DNA of 64,000 nucleotides from an uncultured Candidatus Binatia bacterium (GCA_965215605.1 OZ244070.1:2336001-2400000); one strand, 5' to 3'. Counted from the stretch's first letter, positions 11,584-20,958 are shown. The notes: generated by a model not told the origin, from the letters alone. Translations and numbers: made by a program.

Positions 11584-13110
11584 ATGCTTGCAAGGATTTA
11601 CGGCGCGTCGCTTCACGGCATCGACGCGCTCAAGGTGGCGGTGGAAGTCGACATCGCGTCGGGACTGCCGAAGCTGGTCATGGTGGGGCTCCCGGAGGGT
11701 GCCGTGCGCGAGAGCAAGGTGCGCGTGCGCGCGGCGTTGAGGAACTGCGGTTACCCGTTCCCGCCTCGGCGGATTACCGTCAACCTCGCCCCCGCGGACG
11801 TCAAGAAGGAGGGATCGGGCTACGACCTGCCCATGGCCATGGGCATCGTGGCAGCTCAAGGCGCCGTTGAGCCCGCGCGCCTCGCCGACTACCTGCTGGT
11901 GGGCGAGTTGTCCCTGGACGGCGCCATCAAGCCCGTGCGGGGCGCGCTGCCCATCGCGGCGGCCGCGCGGCGCCAGGGCCTCAAGGGCCTGATCCTGCCC
12001 CGCGCCAACAGCGCCGAAGCGGCGGCGGTGCAGGACATCGAGGTCTTCGGGGTGGAGAGCCTCGCGGAGGTCGTGGAGTTCCTGAACGGAGAGCGGGAGA
12101 TCGCGCCCACGCGGGTGGACCTTGCCCGCCTGTTCCGCCGGCACGCCGTCCACGACGCCGACTTCAGCGACGTCCGCGGACAGTCTCATGTCAAGCGGGC
12201 GCTGGAAGTGGCCGCCGCCGGCGGTCACAACGTCCTCTTGATGGGGCCCCCCGGCTCCGGGAAGACCATGCTGGCCAAGAGGCTGCCCACCATCTTGCCG
12301 GATCTGACCCTGGCCGAAGCCCTGGAGACCACCAAGATCCACAGCGTCACCGGCGTCCTGGGCGACAGCGCGCTGGTGGCGGTCCGGCCGTTCCGGGCGC
12401 CGCATCATACCGTCTCGGATGCCGGGATGGTGGGCGGCGGCACGGTGCCCCGGCCCGGGGAGGTGTCGCTGGCCCACAACGGTGTGCTCTTTCTCGACGA
12501 GGCGCCGGAGTTCCGCCGCAACGTCCTCGAGGTCCTGCGTCAACCCCTGGAGGACGGCCGCATCACGGTGGTGCGGGCCGTCGGCTCCGTCGACTATCCG
12601 GCCGCGTTCATGCTGGTGGCGGCCATGAATCCCTGTCCCTGCGGATTCTTCTCGGACCCGCTGAAGGAGTGCCGCTGCACCCCCGGGCAGATCACCCGCT
12701 ACCGCTCCAGGATCTCCGGGCCGCTGCTCGACCGCATCGACATCCAGGTGGAGGTGCCGGCGGTGGCGTACGAGGCGCTGGCGTCACGGGCCCCGGGTGA
12801 GCCCTCCGGGGCCATCCGCGAGCGGGTCGACCGGGCGCGCGCGGTGCAGGAGGAACGCTTCGGGCAGACCGGGATACACGCCAACGCCCGAATGAGCGCG
12901 CGCGGCGTCCAACGCCACTGCCAGGTGGACCCGGCGGGCGAGCAGCTTCTGGAAACCGCCATCAGGAGGCTCGGACTGAGCGCCCGCGCCTACGTGCGGA
13001 TCCTCAAGGTCAGCCGCACCATCGCCGACCTCGAGGGCGCCGAAGAGATCCGGCCGCCGCACGTCGCCGAAGCCATCCAGTACCGCGGCATGGACCGGCC
13101 GCCGGTCTGA
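11584..13110 (+). CDS. comM: YifB/ComM family Mg-chelatase-like AAA+ ATPase
   Basis: ITVNLAPADVKKEGSGYDLP, GPPGSGKTMLA, RPFRAPHH, GEVSLAHNGVLFLDE, AAMNPCPCG. Confidence 0.95.
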   Translation: MLARIYGASLHGIDALKVAVEVDIASGLPKLVMVGLPEGAVRESKVRVRAALRNCGYPFPPRRITVNLAPADVKKEGSGYDLPMAMGIVAAQGAVEPARLADYLLVGELSLDGAIKPVRGALPIAAAARRQGLKGLILPRANSAEAAAVQDIEVFGVESLAEVVEFLNGEREIAPTRVDLARLFRRHAVHDADFSDVRGQSHVKRALEVAAAGGHNVLLMGPPGSGKTMLAKRLPTILPDLTLAEALETTKIHSVTGVLGDSALVAVRPFRAPHHTVSDAGMVGGGTVPRPGEVSLAHNGVLFLDEAPEFRRNVLEVLRQPLEDGRITVVRAVGSVDYPAAFMLVAAMNPCPCGFFSDPLKECRCTPGQITRYRSRISGPLLDRIDIQVEVPAVAYEALASRAPGEPSGAIRERVDRARAVQEERFGQTGIHANARMSARGVQRHCQVDPAGEQLLETAIRRLGLSARAYVRILKVSRTIADLEGAEEIRPPHVAEAIQYRGMDRPPV

Positions 13111-13111
13111 G

Positions 13112-13363
13112 TTTTGGGGCCGCGAACAGTGGGCGAAATACTATCAAGGGTGGGTCCGCGCATTCGAGGGCATCATGGCCAATCCGGGTCGTGGACGCGA
13201 CCGAAGCTTGTTCGCCGCGGGCATGCGCTCGGTCAACTGCGGAAGGCACGTTATCTTCTTCGCGCGGATCCAGGCGCTTGGTAACGACCCGGTGATCCTG
13301 CGGACCGTTCATCGACGCCGCCATATGCCGGCATGGGTCTACCTCGAGGATCTGGAAGGATGA
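13112..13363 (+). pseudogene. N-terminally truncated ParE/RelE-family toxin remnant
   Basis: In-frame FWGREQWAKYYQGWVRAFEGIMANPGRGRDRSLFAAGMRSVNCGRHVIFF...VILRTVH matches the ParE pattern. N-terminus and ParD partner are absent. Confidence 0.7.
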
Positions 13364-14463
13364 GTGGCGGCGAAGGATGCGATCTCCGACACGTGCCGCA
13401 CGCCATCCCGGTCCATGACCTGTAGAAGCTCTTCCGCCATCCTCCTGGCGATCATCGGCCCGCGGTACGGGAGGGCGCTGTGGACCTGCACCAGGGGGCA
13501 GCCGCTCTCCTTCATCATGGTGCAGGCGTCACCCCCGTCGTAGATGCCGCCGTTGCCCACCAGCGTGAGGCGGCCCTCCAGCCGGGCCGCGGCGCCGCGG
13601 ACCTGGTCCCGCGCCTTGGGGAAGAGCGGCGGGCCGCTGTAGCCGCCCTTGTCCGGATCCGGGTTGACCGCGGGATCGATGGTGGTGTTGCCTATGATGA
13701 CGGCGTCGATTGCGGGGTCGAGCAGTTCGCGGCACTTGGTCAACGCGATGTCCCGGAGAATCGGCGGCATGTCCGGGGCGAACTTGGGCCAGAGGGGTTT
13801 TCGCCGCGCCATGCCGGCGGACCGCGCCAGATCGTCGGCCTTCTTCACCAGGCTGGTCAGCAAGTTGTCCAGCCGGCTGCCTTCCTGCAACTCCCGCAGA
13901 TGCAGCGTGTTGGGAGAGCTGATGCATATTTCGAAGAAGTCCGCGTACGGATAGAGCTTCTCCAGGGAATAGGCATAGTCCTGGAAGGCGTCGTCGAGGG
14001 GCGTCCGCAGCGCCTTGCCCAGGCTGATCCCCAGGGGAACCGGCAGCCCGGGCTGGCGTTCAAGGGTCGAGGCCAAAGTGTCCGCGCCGCGGTTGTTGAA
14101 GCCGAGACGGTTCCACAGTGCCCGGTTCGGCACGTCCCGGAACAGCCGCGGGCGCGGGTTCCCCGGCTGGCCGTCGCGGGGCGTCACGGACCCCACCGTG
14201 AGGAAGCCGAAGCCGAGCGCCGCCAGCGCGGGCGCGGCGATGCCGTTCTTGTCGAACCCGGCGGCGAGGCCGATGGGATTTCGGAAACGCATTCCGCACA
14301 GGGTCTGCTCCAGGCGGGGCTCCGGGTCCGGGTCGCGTCCGGCCAGGAGCGCCTGCAGCCACGGCCGGGTGTTCGCCCGCCGCAGCAGGCCCAGGGCGCC
14401 GTTGTGCGCGGTCTCGGCGTCCAGGCGGAACAGCAGCGGTGCCAGAAGTCTCTGGTAGAGCAT
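13339..14463 (-). CDS. pyrD: Dihydroorotate dehydrogenase, class 2 (quinone-dependent), divergent
   Basis: DAETAH, FRNPIGLAAGFDKNG, QPGNPRPRLFR, NRLGFNN, ISSPNT, NTT, GGYSG. Confidence 0.93.
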   Translation of the reverse strand: MLYQRLLAPLLFRLDAETAHNGALGLLRRANTRPWLQALLAGRDPDPEPRLEQTLCGMRFRNPIGLAAGFDKNGIAAPALAALGFGFLTVGSVTPRDGQPGNPRPRLFRDVPNRALWNRLGFNNRGADTLASTLERQPGLPVPLGISLGKALRTPLDDAFQDYAYSLEKLYPYADFFEICISSPNTLHLRELQEGSRLDNLLTSLVKKADDLARSAGMARRKPLWPKFAPDMPPILRDIALTKCRELLDPAIDAVIIGNTTIDPAVNPDPDKGGYSGPPLFPKARDQVRGAAARLEGRLTLVGNGGIYDGGDACTMMKESGCPLVQVHSALPYRGPMIARRMAEELLQVMDRDGVRHVSEIASFAATHPSRSSR

Positions 14464-14482
14464 CGACGGAGAGCCGCGCGGT

Positions 14483-15418
14483 TCAGTCGCCTTCGAAGAT
14501 CCACTCCAGCAGCGACATTCGGATGAACATGCCGTTGCCCGCCTGCCGGAAGTACCAGGCCCTCGGGTCCGCGTCGACTTCCGGTGGAATCTCCGCCAGC
14601 CGCGGCAGCGGATGCATGAGCACGGCGTGGGGCTTCATGAGGTCGAGTTGCGCGGGCCCGATGACGAACCTCAAGTGCAGTCCTTCATCGACCGCTTCCG
14701 GCCCGAGCCGTTCCTTCTGGACCCGTGTCCAGTAGACCACGTCGCTCCGTGGCAGTGCGTCCTCCAGACGCGATTCCTCGCTGAAGGCAACGCCTTTCTC
14801 GCGGAGGTGCTCCTTGATGTCCAAGCCCATTCCGAGCGGATCCGGGGACACGAACAGGATGCGGACGCCTTCGAACTTCGCCAGCAGGTAGGCCAGGGAC
14901 CGCGCCGTCCGGCCGTTGGCCAGGTCCCCGCCGATGGTCACGGTCAGGCCGGCGATGGTGCCGAGGGCCTGTTGGATGGTGTAGAGGTCCAGTAATGCCT
15001 GGGTGGGATGTTGCCCGGCTCCGTCACCCGCGTTGATGATCGGCACCGTGCTGTACCGGGCGGCGCGCTCGGCGGCGCCGGTCTCGTAGTGCCGCAGCGC
15101 GATCGCGTCCGGGTAATATTCGCACAGGACCCGGATGGTGTCCTCGAGGCTTTCCCCCTTGATGGCCGACGAGAACTCGCGCGCGTTCTCGGTGGCCACC
15201 ACGCTCATTCCAAGGTGCTGACCGGCGGCGACGAAAGACATCCGGGTCCGGGTGGAGGGTTCGTAAAAGACGCTGAAGAGGGTCTTCCCCCGGTGGATCC
15301 GGGTCAGGGCGAGTTTCTCGGAGGGGATGGCTATCTGCCGGCGGAACTCGTCCGCCCGCCGGAACAGCCTGTCCAGGATCGAACGGTCGAACTGCTGGGA
15401 ATACAGGACGTGTCGCAT
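14483..15418 (-). CDS. pyrB: Aspartate carbamoyltransferase catalytic subunit
   Basis: FYEPSTRTRMSF, KGESLEDT, INAGDGAGQHPTQALLD, TRVQKER, MHPLPR. Confidence 0.97.
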   Translation of the reverse strand: MRHVLYSQQFDRSILDRLFRRADEFRRQIAIPSEKLALTRIHRGKTLFSVFYEPSTRTRMSFVAAGQHLGMSVVATENAREFSSAIKGESLEDTIRVLCEYYPDAIALRHYETGAAERAARYSTVPIINAGDGAGQHPTQALLDLYTIQQALGTIAGLTVTIGGDLANGRTARSLAYLLAKFEGVRILFVSPDPLGMGLDIKEHLREKGVAFSEESRLEDALPRSDVVYWTRVQKERLGPEAVDEGLHLRFVIGPAQLDLMKPHAVLMHPLPRLAEIPPEVDADPRAWYFRQAGNGMFIRMSLLEWIFEGD

Positions 15419-15507
15419 TGCCGTGCTTGCCTGACGGTCGAGACGCGGGGACCCGGCCCGGCGGTGAAGCGATTCGCGCCGGCGGGTCCGGGGATGAGTC
15501 GAAGCGA

Positions 15508-15542
15508 ACTATAGGTTCTTGCGGGACTCACCGCAAGAACCT
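15508..15542 (-). promoter_or_regulatory. Putative pyrB promoter embedded in a 12-bp perfect inverted repeat
   Basis: TTGCGG-17 nt-TATAGT on the minus strand; inverted repeat AGGTTCTTGCGG (15513-15524) / CCGCAAGAACCT (15531-15542). Confidence 0.5.
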
Positions 15543-15633
15543 GACGCCCGGAGGGACCTGTCACCGCAGAGCCGGCGCGGGGTGGGCGCGGATGGCGCCA
15601 CGGCCGCGGAAAGCGCGGGACTACCGGTACGGG

Positions 15634-15861
15634 TTACCCCGCTTCATCAAGCGCCTGTTGGGGCAGCAGGGTTTGGGAGCCGACGACGACGGGTTCAAGG
15701 CCCGCGTTCGGGCCGAACTCGATCTTGCAACCGGCGAGGTCGCCGGCCAACTGGACCTTGCCGCTGTTGACAAGGTGGATAACGACGGCCTTCAGTTCGT
15801 CAGGAGTACTTGCATACTCGCCTACGGCGTCGATGACATCGAGCAGCGTGAGTGACTTCAT
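15634..15861 (-). CDS. Small hypothetical protein (75 aa)
   Basis: ATG with GAGGA SD; MKSLTLLDVIDAVGEYASTPDELKAVVIHLVNSGKVQLAGDLAG reads as a real protein, unlike the GC shadow ORFs. Confidence 0.65.
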   Translation of the reverse strand: MKSLTLLDVIDAVGEYASTPDELKAVVIHLVNSGKVQLAGDLAGCKIEFGPNAGLEPVVVGSQTLLPQQALDEAG

Positions 15862-16078
15862 CGTTGGTTCCTCATTCGACATTTTCTTGATGTCCTGAAG
15901 ACGCAAACGCCGTGCCATGCGCTCCGCCACGCCAAACCGTTGAAATAACGTGATTCCAGGGATCTTCCGGATACGCCGGTCGACGGGATCGTCGATCAAT
16001 GACGTTCTCGTCGACATTTTGGTGTCGTCCGGCAAAGGCGGGCAACCAGCGACGTCGTATTCGGAAGCGCGCGGATGC

Positions 16079-16120
16079 AAAAAACCCCTCGGTGGCCGGT
16101 TCCGGCTCGATCCCGAGGGG
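16079..16120 (-). terminator. Intrinsic terminator after etfA
   Basis: CCCCTCGG...CCGAGGGG stem followed by T6 on the minus strand. Confidence 0.7.
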
Positions 16121-16188
16121 GATTGGCTGATGAGTCAGCAGAACAGCGCGTATTTACTACAGATCGGGCCTCGGTGTCAACAGGTTCT

Positions 16189-17151
16189 TTATTTGCGGGC
16201 CTTGATCTCTTCGATGAGCTGGGGGACGACCTTGAAGACGTCGCCCACGATGCCGAGGTCGCACATCTGGAAGATGGGGGCATCGGCATCCTTGTTGACC
16301 GCCACGATCAGCTTGGAGTCCTTCATGCCGGCCAGGTGCTGCACGGCGCCGGAGATGCCACAGGCGATGTAGAGTTCGGGCTTGACGGTCTTGCCGGTTT
16401 GGCCGATCTGCAGGGAGTAGGGCACCCAGCCGGAATCCACCACGGCCCGGGTGGCGCCCACGGCGCCGCCCAGCAGGTCCGCCAACTCGCGCAGCATGTC
16501 GAAGTTCTCGGCTCCGGCCAGGCCGCGGCCTCCCGAGACGATGACGTTGGCGCCGTCCAACTGCGGGCCCTCGGCCCTGGCGGCGACCCGTTCCTTGACC
16601 CTTACCTTGCAGAGCTCGGCGCCGCCCGCGGCCGCGACTTCCTCCACCACCGGGGTCTTGGGGTTGTGGGCGGGCTCGAAGGCCTTGGGCCTCACCAGCA
16701 GGAGCTTGACGTCGTCGTGCACCAGCGTGGCGGTGTTCCAGTAGCTGGCTCCCAGGGCGGGGATCCTGGCTTCGATGGTTCCGTCCGTCAAGGTGAAGTC
16801 GGCCACGTCCGTGATGGCGCCGCAGTCGAGGCTGGCGCTGATGGCCGCGGCCACGTCGCGGCCGCCGTAGCTCGACGCGAACAGCACCGCCGCCGGCTTG
16901 TGTTGGCGAATGAGGGCTTCCACCACCGCCGCCGCGGGCAACGTCAGGTATTCATGAAAGACCGGGTCGGCCGACCGGTAGACCTTGCCTGCGCCGTGCT
17001 CGCCCAGCAACTCCACGGCGCCGTCGGGGGCCGGTCCGAGCAGGATCACCTCGGCGGCTCCCACCGCCGAGGCCTTGGTCACCATCTCCAGCGTCGTGGA
17101 GGTGACGGCGCCATCCACGACCTCGCCATAGACCCAAATGATATCGGACAT
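16189..17151 (-). CDS. etfA: Electron transfer flavoprotein alpha subunit
   Basis: [52 protein letters not shown]. Confidence 0.96.
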   Translation of the reverse strand: MSDIIWVYGEVVDGAVTSTTLEMVTKASAVGAAEVILLGPAPDGAVELLGEHGAGKVYRSADPVFHEYLTLPAAAVVEALIRQHKPAAVLFASSYGGRDVAAAISASLDCGAITDVADFTLTDGTIEARIPALGASYWNTATLVHDDVKLLLVRPKAFEPAHNPKTPVVEEVAAAGGAELCKVRVKERVAARAEGPQLDGANVIVSGGRGLAGAENFDMLRELADLLGGAVGATRAVVDSGWVPYSLQIGQTGKTVKPELYIACGISGAVQHLAGMKDSKLIVAVNKDADAPIFQMCDLGIVGDVFKVVPQLIEEIKARK

Positions 17152-17931
17152 CTAAATGACCTTGGCCTCGGCCAGGAAATCGGCGATCCTCGTGCCCCCG
17201 TCGCCGTCGTCTTCCACCACCTCCCCGGCTGCGCGTTGCGGCGGCCTGCCAATCTCCAGGACCTTCTCCCGGGCTCCCGGCTCGCCCACCTCATCCGGTG
17301 TGAGGCCGAGGTCCTCGACGGAGTACTCCAGGATCTCTTTCCGCTTGGCCGACATGATGCCCTTGAGCTGCGGGTAGCGCGGCTCGTTTATGCCGCTGGT
17401 GACGGTCACCAGCGCCGGCAGCTCGGCCTCCACCACGTCGTAGCCGGTCTCGCTCTGGCGCTTGATGGACAGGGTGGAGCCGTCCACGGTCATCTCGTTG
17501 GCGAAGGTGACCGGCGGGACTCCCAGCAGCCGCGCGATCTGGCCCGGCACGATGCCGGAGTAGCTGTCGCTGCTCTCGGTGCCGCAGATGATGAGATCGA
17601 AAGGCTTCTTGCGGATGGCCGCGGCCAGGGCCTTGGCCGTCGCCAGCGCGTCCGACCCCGCCAGCGCGTCGTCGAAGATGTGCACCGCGGAGGTGGCCCC
17701 CATGGCCAGCGCGGTCCGTATGCCGATGGTGATCTCGTTGAATCCCATGGTCACCAGCGTGACCGTGCCGCCCACCTGCTCCATCAGCCGCAACGCCTCT
17801 TCCACCGCGCTGGCCGCGGCCGGATCCAACTCGTGCGCCACGCCCTTGCGGATCATCCGCCTGGTGGCGGGGTCGATCTCGATGGTGACGGTGCTGGCAG
17901 GGATGATCTTGCCACAGACCACGATATCCAA
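17152..17931 (-). CDS. etfB: Electron transfer flavoprotein beta subunit
   Basis: IVVCGK, AVEEALRL, ALAMGA, DLIICGTESSD, NEPRYP; TTG start with GGAGG SD. Confidence 0.95.
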   Translation of the reverse strand: MDIVVCGKIIPASTVTIEIDPATRRMIRKGVAHELDPAAASAVEEALRLMEQVGGTVTLVTMGFNEITIGIRTALAMGATSAVHIFDDALAGSDALATAKALAAAIRKKPFDLIICGTESSDSYSGIVPGQIARLLGVPPVTFANEMTVDGSTLSIKRQSETGYDVVEAELPALVTVTSGINEPRYPQLKGIMSAKRKEILEYSVEDLGLTPDEVGEPGAREKVLEIGRPPQRAAGEVVEDDGDGGTRIADFLAEAKVI

Positions 17932-18026
17932 GGGTGCGAACCTCCGGTAAGGGTAGTGGGAGCCGGTGATGCCCGGCTATGGCGAGCCCGAAAGGGAGGG
18001 TGGAAGGGGGAGGGTTTCCGGATCGG

Positions 18027-18221
18027 CTACTCCAGCCACTCGGATACCTTCCCCTCCATCACCATGTCGAGGACTTCCCGGCAGTCCTGGAGAGCCTGGT
18101 CCACGATCTTCTCGTCCTTGATGTTGGGGACCGCCCGGTTGACGGCCCCGTGGACCGCCGCGATGCAGGCCTTGAGGTGCTCGTCGAGCTCCGCCGAATG
18201 AGGTGCCTGTGCCATTTCCAT
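18027..18221 (-). CDS. Small hypothetical helical protein (62-64 aa)
   Basis: Starts 7 nt after the PaaA-like stop, same strand, host-like codon usage. Confidence 0.6.
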   Translation of the reverse strand: MEMAQAPHSAELDEHLKACIAAVHGAVNRAVPNIKDEKIVDQALQDCREVLDMVMEGKVSEWLE

Positions 18222-18228
18222 TTCCGTC

Positions 18229-18945
18229 TCAGGTGTAGAGCCGGCCCTCGTTGGGGTCGGGGATTTCGAGGCCCATGTCCGTGATCAGGGCATTGATCTC
18301 CGCGGTGTACTCTGCCCGCTGCTGGCGGTTGGTGCGCCTCTTGAGGCCCCAATAACGGTACCGCTCGGAGCGCCTGGAATCCGACTTGCCGAACATGTCC
18401 AGGCCCTTCACGTACCAGTAGTTCACCGCGTTCTGGATGCGCTCCCTCGACTCGTCACCGCCTTCGGCCATCTCGCGGGTCATGTTGGTGCCGAAGGAGA
18501 TGTGCGCGACTTCTTCCTGCTCCATGGTGGGAAGGAGCTCGGCAAGCGGCAGGTAGCTGCAGTCCTCGAACTCCTCGAGCTGGAAGCGTCCGACCCGGTC
18601 GATGAGAAAGCCGAAGACCGCGAAATCTTCCCAGGTGGTGATCTTGCCGCGGAACGCCTCCACGTAGCGTTTCTGATTGGGCCAGCTCAGGACGTAGGAC
18701 ACATCCTCGCCGATGTCTGCGGCCAGCTTGGCCATCTTGCGGTAGTGGTCCACCTCTTCCGCCGCGGTGCGCGCCACCACGAGCTGGTAGAGCTTCGTCG
18801 GGGCGTTGGGGAGCATGTCGTCGATGTAGAGATGCGGCCCGCCGATCTCGCAGTCGCACTGGATCGCAAGCACCCGCTTCAACAGATCCTGGTACTCCGG
18901 ATCCATCTTCTCGAAGTCTTTGAGCTCGATCTTGTCGGTGAACAT
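18229..18945 (-). CDS. PaaA/BoxB-like ferritin-fold di-iron aryl-CoA epoxidase subunit
   Basis: Ligand pattern E(CEIGG)...EEVDH...D(LIDRVG)...EEVAH; C-terminal YW..GLDMFG...WGLKRRTN as in PaaA. Confidence 0.8.
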   Translation of the reverse strand: MFTDKIELKDFEKMDPEYQDLLKRVLAIQCDCEIGGPHLYIDDMLPNAPTKLYQLVVARTAAEEVDHYRKMAKLAADIGEDVSYVLSWPNQKRYVEAFRGKITTWEDFAVFGFLIDRVGRFQLEEFEDCSYLPLAELLPTMEQEEVAHISFGTNMTREMAEGGDESRERIQNAVNYWYVKGLDMFGKSDSRRSERYRYWGLKRRTNRQQRAEYTAEINALITDMGLEIPDPNEGRLYT

Positions 18946-19084
18946 GGCGCCTCTCCTCTGTAACTTTTCAACTAAAATCGGGTTAGCAGAAGGCTCGATT
19001 GAAGGCAAGCGAAAGCGGCACGGCCTTTACTCGGCCCTGGCCACGCCCTAAACTGACGGGCGCATACGGCAGCAGGGGGGAAGC

Positions 19085-19738
19085 GTGATGTCGGAAGACG
19101 TCGTTAGCAGCGTGACGGTGCCGAAGAACTCCGGGTGGGCCTCCACGATGAGGAAGGGCCATTGCATCCGGGTGGCGGGGAGGTCGGTGGTGGACTTCGT
19201 CGCCTTCAACCTGCATGACCTGACCGAGCGTTTCGATCAGGCCCGGACCAAGACCAACCAGGCGCGGATTTTTATCAGCGCCGGCGACCAGCTCTTGTCC
19301 AAGCTCAACAATCCGCTGCTGACCATCGTGGCGGACACGTTCCATGAAGGACGGCACGACTTGCAGAAGGGGATGTGCAGCCGCAGGCGGTTCGAGCTGG
19401 TGGCCGCCGGTCTGGCCCAGCGGAACTTCATCGAGGGGGTCGATCCCAATCCCAGGAGGCCGGAGGACATTCCCACCCACGGCTGCTACGAGAACCTCTC
19501 CGAGGCCGTGCGCCCGTGGGACATTGCCCCGGTGGACATCCCGAGCCCGTTCAACATCTTTCAGACCATGCGCATCGACCCGGATACCGGCGCCATGTTC
19601 GACACCTTCGTGCGGCCCAGGGAAGACGCCCATGTGGATTTTCGCGCGGAGATGGACTGTCTCGTGGCCCTCAGCGCGTGTCCGGAATCCGGACGAGGGC
19701 AGGCGATCCGGGTGGAAATGTTCGAACCGGAGGCCTGA
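19085..19738 (+). CDS. DUF1989 (urea carboxylase-associated family) protein
   Basis: VDFVAFNLHDLTERFDQART, HDL...CS, HGCYENL, PSPFNIF, FRAEMDCLVALSACP. Confidence 0.85.
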   Translation: MMSEDVVSSVTVPKNSGWASTMRKGHCIRVAGRSVVDFVAFNLHDLTERFDQARTKTNQARIFISAGDQLLSKLNNPLLTIVADTFHEGRHDLQKGMCSRRRFELVAAGLAQRNFIEGVDPNPRRPEDIPTHGCYENLSEAVRPWDIAPVDIPSPFNIFQTMRIDPDTGAMFDTFVRPREDAHVDFRAEMDCLVALSACPESGRGQAIRVEMFEPEA

Positions 19739-19743
19739 CCACC

Positions 19744-20940
19744 ATGGATGTCCGGGAAGCCTTTCGCATTGCCGACGAGCACGTTGACGATCCCGAGCTG
19801 GATGCGCTGTTCACCGAGCTGCTGCGGGTCCCATCGGAGCACACGGAGCGCATGGAGTCCGATCCGGCTGTGACGGGCTTCGTCGCGGACGTGGTGGCGC
19901 CGCGGCTCCAAACGCTTACCGGGGTGACGCCACGGACCGATGGTATGGGCAACCTGCTGTGGCGGCTCGGTCCGGCCGAGGCGGATCCGGCGGAGGGGCT
20001 GCTCTTCATGGGTTACGCCATGACCTTCCCGGCGGGCTCGATGCCGGAGCCGTTCTCGGGAAGGGTGGTGCCCGGGGAGCCCTACGGGCTCGAGGGGCCG
20101 TGCGTGTGGGGCCGGGGCGGCTGCGAGCAGAAGGCGGCGCTGGCGGCCATGCTGGCGGCCGCCGCCGCGGTGCGGCGGTCGGGCCGGGAGCTGACGCGTC
20201 CACTGTCGCTGGCGGTGAGCACGGCCGGGGAGACCGGACGCCATGATGCGGCCCGGTACATGCTGGAAGAGGATGGTCTCACGGCCCGCTACGGCATCGT
20301 CGGGCTGGGCACCACCAACCGGGTCTGTCTGGGTAACAAGGGCCGGATCGACGTGGAAGTCGTGGTGGGCGGCCAGTCCTGCCACAGCAGCACACCATGG
20401 GCCGGGGTCAACGCGGTGGAGGGGGCACGCGCGGTGCTGGAGCGCCTGGACGGTTTGGTGGACGGCATCGCCCACCCGTCGCTGGGGGATGCGAGCCTGG
20501 TCGCCACCCATATCGAGAGCGGCCCCGACATCCTGCACACCATACAGGACCATTGTCGGCTGACGCTCGACCGGCGTCTCATGCCGGGCGAGGATCCGGC
20601 GGAGGCCCTGGCGGCCATCACCCGAGCCCTGGCGGATCTGGAGCCCTGGCAGGTGGCGGTCACCCAGGGCAATTTCATGTATCCCGCCGAGGTGTCGGAG
20701 GACAGCGAGGTGGCCGTGGCCCTGGCGGCGGCGCGCGAGATGGCGGGGGAGACGGGGCCGCCGTTATGGTTTCCGGCGGCGCTGGATGCGGGCTACCTGA
20801 ACGAGAGCGGCATCGAGACCGTCATGTTCGGACCGGGAGACCTGGCCTTCGCCCACACCGACGCCGAGGTGGTGGTGCTGGAGCAGGTGCGGCGAGCGGC
20901 CAGGGTCTATGCCGCGGCGGCGCTGCAGATGCTCGCATGA
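19744..20940 (+). CDS. M20/ArgE-DapE family metallohydrolase with atypical metal ligands
   Basis: VWGRGGCEQK, GETG, GNKGR, GQSCHSSTPWAGVNA, DRRLMPGE, FGPGD..AH. Confidence 0.8.
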   Translation: MDVREAFRIADEHVDDPELDALFTELLRVPSEHTERMESDPAVTGFVADVVAPRLQTLTGVTPRTDGMGNLLWRLGPAEADPAEGLLFMGYAMTFPAGSMPEPFSGRVVPGEPYGLEGPCVWGRGGCEQKAALAAMLAAAAAVRRSGRELTRPLSLAVSTAGETGRHDAARYMLEEDGLTARYGIVGLGTTNRVCLGNKGRIDVEVVVGGQSCHSSTPWAGVNAVEGARAVLERLDGLVDGIAHPSLGDASLVATHIESGPDILHTIQDHCRLTLDRRLMPGEDPAEALAAITRALADLEPWQVAVTQGNFMYPAEVSEDSEVAVALAAAREMAGETGPPLWFPAALDAGYLNESGIETVMFGPGDLAFAHTDAEVVVLEQVRRAARVYAAAALQMLA

Positions 20941-20958
20941 CTCGGGGGCACCGCCAAA

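Noticed and set aside
18946-19085. Guanidine riboswitch upstream of the DUF1989 or ABC genes
   Set aside because: No recognisable ykkC, mini-ykkC or ykkC-III motif here, at 26790-26880 or at 30134-30224 by eye; cmscan would be decisive
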